From: SAR324 cluster bacterium SAR324-CTD7B
GTDB taxonomy: Bacteria > SAR324 > NAC60-12
Assembly: GCA_002082305.1 (NCBI GenBank)
Contig: LSNO01000003.1
Span: 147 to 64,146, forward strand
Direction: 5' to 3'
Length of the DNA: 64,000 nt
Shown here: positions 55,355-62,137 of the stretch, one piece after another
Layout: the number at the start of each line of letters is the position of its first letter
Position numbering within the stretch: position 1 is the first letter of the stretch
Program-made: the position numbers and the translations under genes
The notes under the pieces: generated by a model
Told to the model about the DNA's origin: nothing
Seen by the model: the letters and a program-made list of their open reading frames with translations, nothing else
The model's database searches: none

Positions 55355-55434
55355 GTCATTTAGAGCGAAGCGAGAAATCTTTCAAAAGCTACTACACTAT
55401 AATCATTAAGTTTTCTCACTACGGTCGAAATGAC
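55355..55434. repeat. Palindromic intergenic repeat, copy C (best-preserved)
   Basis: Left arm gtcatttagagcgaagcgagaaatct (55355-55380). The right-arm reverse complement is gtcatttcgaccgtagtgagaaaa (55411-55434). 30-nt loop. Confidence 0.75.
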
Positions 55435-55495
55435 AACGTGGATTTCATACTATTACAAAAACCATCAATCATAATTAAATTGTCCAAGGAGGAAA

Positions 55496-56665
55496 ATGAC
55501 AATAATTAATAAAATTAATGAGTTTCATGATGAAATGACAGCATGGAGAAGGGATATCCATCAACATCCGGAATTGGCGTATGAGGAAAACCGGACATCT
55601 GATTTTGTGGCTACCAAGCTGGAAGAGTTTGGAATAGAAATTCACAGGGGGTTGGCAAAAACGGGTGTTGTTGGAACAATTAGAAATGGTGAAGGACCAG
55701 CGATTGGGCTTAGAGCAGACTTGGATGCACTGCCTTTACAGGAAAAAAATACATTTAATCACGCATCTTCCAATCCCGGTAAAATGCATGCCTGCGGGCA
55801 CGATGGACATACAGCGATGTTGCTCGGTGCTGCAAAATATTTAGCATCAAATAAAAATTTCAAAGGTACGGTTAACTTCATCTTTCAACCTGCAGAAGAA
55901 GGTGGAGGCGGAGGTGACCTGATGGTTAAAGAAGGTTTGTTTGAGAAATTTCCTGTGGATTCAGTTTATGGTTTACACAACTGGCCGGGAATGGATCCCG
56001 GAATTTTTGGGGTTGGGTCGGGACCAATCATGGCAGCAGCTGACATGTTTGATTTAACAATTAACGGAAGAGGAGGCCACTGTGCAATGCCTGATCAGTG
56101 CATTGATCCGATTGTTGTTGCCTCTCAGGTAGTTAGTGCACTGCAAACCATTCCAAGCCGCAGTACGCATCCTGTTGATTCTGTGGTGATCAGCGTCACA
56201 CAAATTCATGCCGGTGATGCTTACAATGTGATTCCGGATAGTGTACGAATGCATGGAAGTGTGCGAACCTTCCTTCCGGAAACACAAGAGGGAATGCCCT
56301 CGTCAATGTTACGGGTTGCAGAAGGTGTTTGTGCTGCTTTCGGCGCAAGTTGTGAGCTAAACTACATTAAAGGTTATCCTGCAACCATCAACTCAGTTCC
56401 GGAAACAGAAATTTCGGCAAAGGCGGTTGTTGATCTTGTTGGAGAAGAAAATCTTATTCGCGATCCAACACCCTCCATGGGAGCAGAAGATTTTTCTTAT
56501 ATGCTTCAGGCTCGTCCCGGTTGTTATGTCTGGCTGGGAATCGGTACAGGAAAAGGTGAGGGAGGATGTATGCTGCACAGTTCTCACTACGATTTTAACG
56601 ATGATGTCCTGCCTAGTGGTGCAAGTTACTGGGCAACATTGGTCGAAAACGAACTCGCAGCTTAA
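55496..56665 (+). CDS. M20D-family amidohydrolase (hippurate hydrolase / N-acyl-amino-acid amidohydrolase type)
   Basis: RRDIHQHPELAYEE, MHACGHDGHTAMLLGAA, FQPAEEGGGG. These are the M20D signature blocks. Confidence 0.88.
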   Translation: MTIINKINEFHDEMTAWRRDIHQHPELAYEENRTSDFVATKLEEFGIEIHRGLAKTGVVGTIRNGEGPAIGLRADLDALPLQEKNTFNHASSNPGKMHACGHDGHTAMLLGAAKYLASNKNFKGTVNFIFQPAEEGGGGGDLMVKEGLFEKFPVDSVYGLHNWPGMDPGIFGVGSGPIMAAADMFDLTINGRGGHCAMPDQCIDPIVVASQVVSALQTIPSRSTHPVDSVVISVTQIHAGDAYNVIPDSVRMHGSVRTFLPETQEGMPSSMLRVAEGVCAAFGASCELNYIKGYPATINSVPETEISAKAVVDLVGEENLIRDPTPSMGAEDFSYMLQARPGCYVWLGIGTGKGEGGCMLHSSHYDFNDDVLPSGASYWATLVENELAA

Positions 56666-56692
56666 CAATAAATATAATAAATCTAAAAAATT

Positions 56693-57082
56693 ATGGAAAT
56701 TAAAGGAAAAATAAAAAATATATCTGAGACGGTGCAAATTTCGGAGCGCTTTCGAAAACGCGAGTTTGTAGTGGAATATGCTAGCAATCCGGATTATCCT
56801 CAACCACTTCAATTTGAAATGGTTCAGGACCGCTGCGAATTGTTGGATTCATTTGAAGTAGGTCAGGAAGTTGAGATATTTTTTGATTTGAGGGGGCGGG
56901 AATGGACGAACCCTCAGGGTCAAGTGAAATATTTTAACACACTCCAGGCATGGAAGCTGGTTTCGGAGCAAAGTTCTGTAACTACTTCTCCAACCACCCC
57001 TGCCCAAACAACATCTGCTCCAGTTCCGAATGAAAAACCCGGTTGGCTCGAAAACGAATCCCCGGATGACTTGCCATTTTAA
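56693..57082 (+). CDS. DUF3127-family (OB-fold-like) protein
   Basis: The pattern MEIKGKI..I....Q.S..F.KREFVVE......YPQ.L.FE..QD.C..LD.F..GQEV...FDLRGREW...G...YFN.LQAWK matches my recollection of DUF3127. P/T/S-rich tail. Confidence 0.6.
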   Translation: MEIKGKIKNISETVQISERFRKREFVVEYASNPDYPQPLQFEMVQDRCELLDSFEVGQEVEIFFDLRGREWTNPQGQVKYFNTLQAWKLVSEQSSVTTSPTTPAQTTSAPVPNEKPGWLENESPDDLPF

Positions 57083-57136
57083 CTGGATTTCCTTTCCATA
57101 GTTTATCTGCTAAACAACAAAAAATAAAACAAATAA

Positions 57137-58243
57137 ATGCTGGTAATATTACATGCTAATACAGAAGAAACCGCTGAAGATTACAAACGTACGTGGAGTC
57201 ACCTTCAGGGTTTGCCTGAAATTCGTTTACAAAAACACAAAGTACAGGGCAGAGGTCAGCAACTGACTGAAATTTATTTGATTGGCAATACTACTAAAAT
57301 CAACCTGGAGGAAATTGAATCTCTTCCGGCAGTGGAGCGGGTAGTCCGGATTTCCCATGATTTCAGAATTTTGGGTCGGCACTCACAGGAAACAGGTTCG
57401 ATCGATTTTGAATACAACGGAGTACGTTTTAACCAGCAAAACTTTCACATTTTCGCCGGATTATGTGCAGTTGACAATCCGGGAAATGTTGAGCGCATGA
57501 TGCAGGCGTTGCAGGACAATGGTCAGGAGTGCACCAGAATGGGTGCATATAAACCTCGTACAAATCCCTATTCTTTTCAGGGACACGGCAAGGAATGTTT
57601 ACCATATGTTTTTGAGTTGGCGGGAAAATATGGAATTAAAGTTGTTGCTATGGAAGTAACACACGAGCAGCACATAGAAGAAATTGATAACTGTCTGGAA
57701 AAACTGGGTCAGCCAACTGGTGTTATGCTGCAAATTGGTACACGGAATACACAAAATTTTGAGTTGCTCAAGGCAGTTGGGCGGCAGCACACCTATCCGG
57801 TTTTGCTCAAACGAGGTTTTGGAATTTCATTGAACGAGTCACTCAATGCGGCAGAATATCTGGCCAGCGAAGGTAACAACCAGGTGATTTTCTGTTTGAG
57901 GGGCATGAAAACTTCATTCAATGCGCCGCATCGCAACATGGTTGATTTTGCTCATTTACCTATCGTAAAGCGCCTGACACGTATGCCGGTCTGCATCGAC
58001 CCATCGCATTCGGTGGGGACGAGAGAGGCTTCTCCGGATGGAATCCTTGATGTTTTACATTCCACTTCTCAGGGCATTATTGCGGGAGCCAACATGGTGC
58101 TGGTTGATTTTCATCCGTCTCCCAAAGATGCCCTGGTCGATGGACCGCAGGCGCTCACTATGGAAGAGTTGCCGAAGTTTATCGAAGATGTCAGTATTTC
58201 CAGGAATGCATACATGCAGCGTGTAGAACTTTGGTCAGAATAG
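57137..58243 (+). CDS. 3-deoxy-7-phosphoheptulonate (DAHP) synthase, type I-beta with an N-terminal regulatory extension
   Basis: GAYKPRTNPYSFQGHG, GTRNTQNFELLKA and DPSHSVG motifs of the AroA(I-beta)/KdsA family. About 90-aa ferredoxin-like N-terminal extension. Confidence 0.85.
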   Translation: MLVILHANTEETAEDYKRTWSHLQGLPEIRLQKHKVQGRGQQLTEIYLIGNTTKINLEEIESLPAVERVVRISHDFRILGRHSQETGSIDFEYNGVRFNQQNFHIFAGLCAVDNPGNVERMMQALQDNGQECTRMGAYKPRTNPYSFQGHGKECLPYVFELAGKYGIKVVAMEVTHEQHIEEIDNCLEKLGQPTGVMLQIGTRNTQNFELLKAVGRQHTYPVLLKRGFGISLNESLNAAEYLASEGNNQVIFCLRGMKTSFNAPHRNMVDFAHLPIVKRLTRMPVCIDPSHSVGTREASPDGILDVLHSTSQGIIAGANMVLVDFHPSPKDALVDGPQALTMEELPKFIEDVSISRNAYMQRVELWSE

Positions 58244-58256
58244 TAAAACTTGCTGT

Positions 58257-59603
58257 TCAATTCTTAAATAAATATTCTGCTTCAGCACGACCTTTTTCGT
58301 CATTAACATAAAACAGCAGTACGGCACCAATCACAAATAAAATCACAATTGAGGCAATACTCCAGCGTGATGCTTCCTGGCCGACTGCTTTAATTTGTTC
58401 TGCTGTAGGTGAATCCGGCATCAGCATGTTTCTCGTTGCAAGCCCTACTACGCCCATCAATGCCGGGCCAATAATTGCGGCAAACTTTCCAAGCATATTA
58501 AAAAATCCGTAATATTCTGCAGCCTGATTTTTTGGAATCAGGCGGGAATAATAGGAACGACTCAAAGCTTGGATTCCTCCCTGTACCAGACCTATCACAA
58601 CAGCCAAAATGTAAAATTCATATTTCTCACGCATCATGGTACCCCAGATTGTTACCACAATATAAACCCCTATTGCTAGAAATATTGACGGCCGAACACC
58701 CCAGCGTTCTCCTAAACGGCCAAAAATAAGAGCTGCGGGAAAACCTACAAATTGTACTATTAACAACGCAACGATAAGATCATTTGATTCAAAGCCGATT
58801 GACATTCCATAATCCACTGCCATTTTGATGATAGTATCTACGCCGTCAATATAAAACCAGTAAGCCAGTAAAAACAACATCACAGTTTTTAGATGGCGGA
58901 TTTCCTGAAAGGTACGATAAAGCTGCTGAAATCCAGCACGGACAGGATTCCCCTGATTATTCTCTCCCTCTATTTCAGGTTCAGGAACCCAGAATATTGT
59001 GATAAGAGTAAAGGCTCCCCACCATAATGCAACACTGACAAATGACCAGCGTACTGCTTCTCCTGAATCAGCAAGACCGAAAATGGCCGGTTGCAAAGTC
59101 ATGACAACATTGACCAGAAAGAGTAAGCCTCCACCAAGATAACCCATGGCAAAACCCAAACTGGAAACAGTGTCTATTTTTGATTCATCTGCAACACTTG
59201 GCAGAAGTGAATCGTAAAAAATATTTGCTCCGGAAAAACCAATTACTCCCATTACATAGACGAAAACTGCCATCATCCAGTCTCCTTTTTCCACCATGTA
59301 CAAACCTGCTGTCATCAGCACTCCAAGGTAGGCAAAGAATATCAGGAATTTTTTCTTCAATGAACCACGATCCGCAATTGCTCCGAGAACTGGTGCCATA
59401 AGGGCCACAAGCAAACTGGCAATAGAGTTCCCGAAGCCCAACATAGCAGTACTTTGATTTACATCTGTGCCGATGGTCCAGTACTGCTTGAAGAAGATAG
59501 GGAAAAAACCGGCCATAACTGTGGTGGCAAAAGCTGAATTTGCCCAGTCGTACATGGCCCAGCCCCATACTGATTTGCGTTCCTTGTTCATACTATTTCT
59601 CAA
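58257..59603 (-). CDS. MFS transporter, UMF1 (Atg22-like) family
   Basis: N-terminus SVWGWAMYDWANSAFATTVMAGFFPIFF is characteristic of UMF1. About 12 TM segments. Confidence 0.8.
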   Translation of the reverse strand: MRNSMNKERKSVWGWAMYDWANSAFATTVMAGFFPIFFKQYWTIGTDVNQSTAMLGFGNSIASLLVALMAPVLGAIADRGSLKKKFLIFFAYLGVLMTAGLYMVEKGDWMMAVFVYVMGVIGFSGANIFYDSLLPSVADESKIDTVSSLGFAMGYLGGGLLFLVNVVMTLQPAIFGLADSGEAVRWSFVSVALWWGAFTLITIFWVPEPEIEGENNQGNPVRAGFQQLYRTFQEIRHLKTVMLFLLAYWFYIDGVDTIIKMAVDYGMSIGFESNDLIVALLIVQFVGFPAALIFGRLGERWGVRPSIFLAIGVYIVVTIWGTMMREKYEFYILAVVIGLVQGGIQALSRSYYSRLIPKNQAAEYYGFFNMLGKFAAIIGPALMGVVGLATRNMLMPDSPTAEQIKAVGQEASRWSIASIVILFVIGAVLLFYVNDEKGRAEAEYLFKN

Positions 59604-59614
59604 GAAAGCTTATA

Positions 59615-59806
59615 TTAATTGATTTCAGAAGGCTCAGGAGATTCCAGGTTTTCTTTAACTCTTTGTTTAATGAGTTTTGAAATCTCAAGAGCTTCATCGT
59701 TGGTCATTTCAATTGCAGTAACATGGTGCACTCTGCCCTCCACGGACTTAAGAGCCAGCAAAACTCCGGTGGGGCATGTACCAACTTCCAACTCTATTTT
59801 GGCCAC
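59615..59806 (-). CDS. Small hypothetical protein (63 aa)
   Basis: GTG start with ggag 8 nt upstream. 11 nt upstream of the MFS gene on the same strand. No domain recognised. Confidence 0.4.
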   Translation of the reverse strand: MAKIELEVGTCPTGVLLALKSVEGRVHHVTAIEMTNDEALEISKLIKQRVKENLESPEPSEIN

Positions 59807-60128
59807 GATCTAACTCCAGAATTATTTTATAAAGAAATGCAATCGTAAAGAGTTCAAAATTGGATAAAACTCATCACGATTTACTCAGAAAAATAGCAAC
59901 AAATCAGCTTTCTATTTCCTGAAAGATTGATTCAAAATATCTGTATTTACGACTTTTTTCAAAACCATCTTAAAAAAGAATAAATGCTCAGAGGATTCTG
60001 ACCAGATTATTGTTTATTTACAAGCTGAAATGAAAGTATATTTCAATTCTTTGAGAAATTTATCTGATTCTGATAAAGTTGTATTTATGATTAATCTTAC
60101 CTCTATACAGCAGTAAAAAAGTCAATTC

Positions 60129-61961
60129 ATGGATAACGTCTTTTATCTGGTTTCTGCCCACACGTCATGTATTGAAGGCATCCGTCTGTCAATAAAAAAT
60201 AAGTATGTCTACATTACTCAGGACATCGTAGGTTTTTCTGCGGATGAAGAAGAAGATTCTGCAGGAAAAAATGGATCTGATTCTGAACAATGGGCAGCAA
60301 AGATTGGAAAATTTCTGGATGGGCAGCAATGGAGCAATCATGCAATTGCTTTTTTACTACCTGCAGAAGATGTGACATTTCGAAAACTGTCTTTTCCCTT
60401 TCAGGAACGAAAAAAAGTAGAACAGGCTTTGCCCTTTGAGCTTGAGGAAGAATTAATGGGAGACCTGGCGGAAACTGCATACAGCGTCCAGATTCAGTCA
60501 ACAACTGAGCAACATTCAGAGGCACTGGTATTGCTGATTGGGCGTAAGCGTTTGCAGCAACTGCAGCAGCTTTGTCTGGAGCGCGACTTGATAATCAGGA
60601 ATGTTGATTGTGCTGCACACGCCCTTTACCGCTCAAAAATCTTTGACAATTCTACAACTATCGAAACTCAGGATTTGTTTCAGATTTACATTGGCAGTGA
60701 TGAATCTTTTGTGAATACAATCCACGAAAAACGCCTGGATGAGATCAAGATATTTCCAAATCAAATACCAGTCATTCTTCAGAAACACTTTTCCACAGAA
60801 AATTTACTTGCAGCATTTTTACAAAGTTTTGCAAAACATCCGGATGGTGTTGATAATGCTGACGGAGATTCTGCGCAAAATGAGGCTTTTATACAACTTA
60901 AAGAAGAGTTGCGCTGGTTATGCGCACAACTTACCTTGTATTTGCGAATAAAAAATTTCAGCTCAGAGAGTCAAATTGAAGTTTACGGTATTTTTGGTCC
61001 AATGATCAAATGGGATGGTCTAAAATTCAGTATACGTTCCTTCCCCTTACCCGAAGCAGAGGCATTTGCTGAAAGATCAGTTGAAGATCCGGATTTTATC
61101 GGGACCTCAGAAGAATCAGTTAAAGATGGAATCCTAACTATTTCTCAGACTGACGTCAAGGCTCCGGATACACTTGAAGAGTTGATGGTTGAAGCAAAGC
61201 AGAGGGAACGATCAGATGAAAAAACACAAACTTCTGATGATCAAATTACAACTACTCCTTCTGAGGAAAAGAAGAAGAATCGACCATCATCAGGAGTCCT
61301 GGAGTCTATTAATCCGCAGACATCATTACTTTCCCTGATTGAGCGCAAACATTGGGGGGTACTGGGAGAATTACGAAAAAAAACTGAAATTATTCTCGAA
61401 TCACATCGGTTGAGTCTCTATTACGAAAACACTCCGTGGAGACGGATTTTGCTTAGAAACCGGGTAGCCTTTGCAGTTGCCGCAAGCTTAATAATTATTA
61501 TTTCAGCAGGTTTTGTCTGGAACACTATAACGCAGCTGGACCTTCTTCATCAGGAAATTGTACGCGGTGAACGTTTGGTTCAAACAGAACTTAGACAAGT
61601 ATTGCCCAATACTTCAGCATCAGGAGTCAATGCTATGCTGATGGAACTGGAAGAAAAAATTGAACTCCGCAAAGCCTATATTAAAAACAGTAAAAGTTTT
61701 GAAAAACGTGACTATCATAATTTGAGTTTTCTCAAAAACATTTCTGCATTACTAAGCGAAGATGCGCCTTTTCAAGTTGATAGTTTGGAATATGCACCAG
61801 AACGTTTTTCAATCAGTGGTACTATTGACAGCTATGATAGTCTTCAAATTTTAAAAAATAATTTGCAGGAAATTAAAGAGTTTAAGGGGCGGCGCATCGT
61901 TGAAAGTAACCGTAAAAGCCCGGATGGAATTGTTTTCCGGATTTCAGTTGATTTTAAATAA
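60129..61961 (+). CDS. GspL-like / PilM-PilN-like bitopic protein (actin-like cytoplasmic domain, TM, periplasmic alpha/beta domain), orphan
   Basis: The GspL-type motif ALPFELEEELMGDLAETAYSV follows RKLSFPF. Single TM VAFAVAASLIIIISAGFVWNTI. C-terminus FQVDSLEYAPERFSISGTIDSYDSLQILKNNL resembles the GspL_C/PilN/GspM fold pattern. Confidence 0.55.
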   Translation: MDNVFYLVSAHTSCIEGIRLSIKNKYVYITQDIVGFSADEEEDSAGKNGSDSEQWAAKIGKFLDGQQWSNHAIAFLLPAEDVTFRKLSFPFQERKKVEQALPFELEEELMGDLAETAYSVQIQSTTEQHSEALVLLIGRKRLQQLQQLCLERDLIIRNVDCAAHALYRSKIFDNSTTIETQDLFQIYIGSDESFVNTIHEKRLDEIKIFPNQIPVILQKHFSTENLLAAFLQSFAKHPDGVDNADGDSAQNEAFIQLKEELRWLCAQLTLYLRIKNFSSESQIEVYGIFGPMIKWDGLKFSIRSFPLPEAEAFAERSVEDPDFIGTSEESVKDGILTISQTDVKAPDTLEELMVEAKQRERSDEKTQTSDDQITTTPSEEKKKNRPSSGVLESINPQTSLLSLIERKHWGVLGELRKKTEIILESHRLSLYYENTPWRRILLRNRVAFAVAASLIIIISAGFVWNTITQLDLLHQEIVRGERLVQTELRQVLPNTSASGVNAMLMELEEKIELRKAYIKNSKSFEKRDYHNLSFLKNISALLSEDAPFQVDSLEYAPERFSISGTIDSYDSLQILKNNLQEIKEFKGRRIVESNRKSPDGIVFRISVDFK

Positions 61962-61998
61962 GCATTAATAATCTCGCAATAAGTCTTAAATCCACACA

Positions 61999-62077
61999 AT
62001 CATTTCTAACTATGAAGAAATCTTAATGATATTAGTGCAGTAGCTTATAAAGGATTTCTGCCATCACTCGTAATGAC
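61999..62077. repeat. Palindromic intergenic repeat, copy D (degenerate left arm)
   Basis: Left arm atcatttctaactatgaagaaatct (61999-62023). The right-arm reverse complement is gtcattacgagtgatggcagaaatcc (62052-62077). Confidence 0.6.
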
Positions 62078-62137
62078 AAGGTTTTATGACTTGTTACGAC
62101 GGCATCAACATTAACATTTTACATATTTATCCCATAC

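Noticed and set aside
43433-56665. Calling the ABC-BNR-MFS-amidohydrolase block a horizontally acquired genomic island on the basis of apparently higher GC.
   Set aside because: Spot counts of single 60-nt lines ranged from about 35% to about 63% GC. Conserved housekeeping genes elsewhere (lon, for example) also reached about 50%. Without a computed profile, flanking repeats or a tRNA/integrase, the island claim is unsupported.
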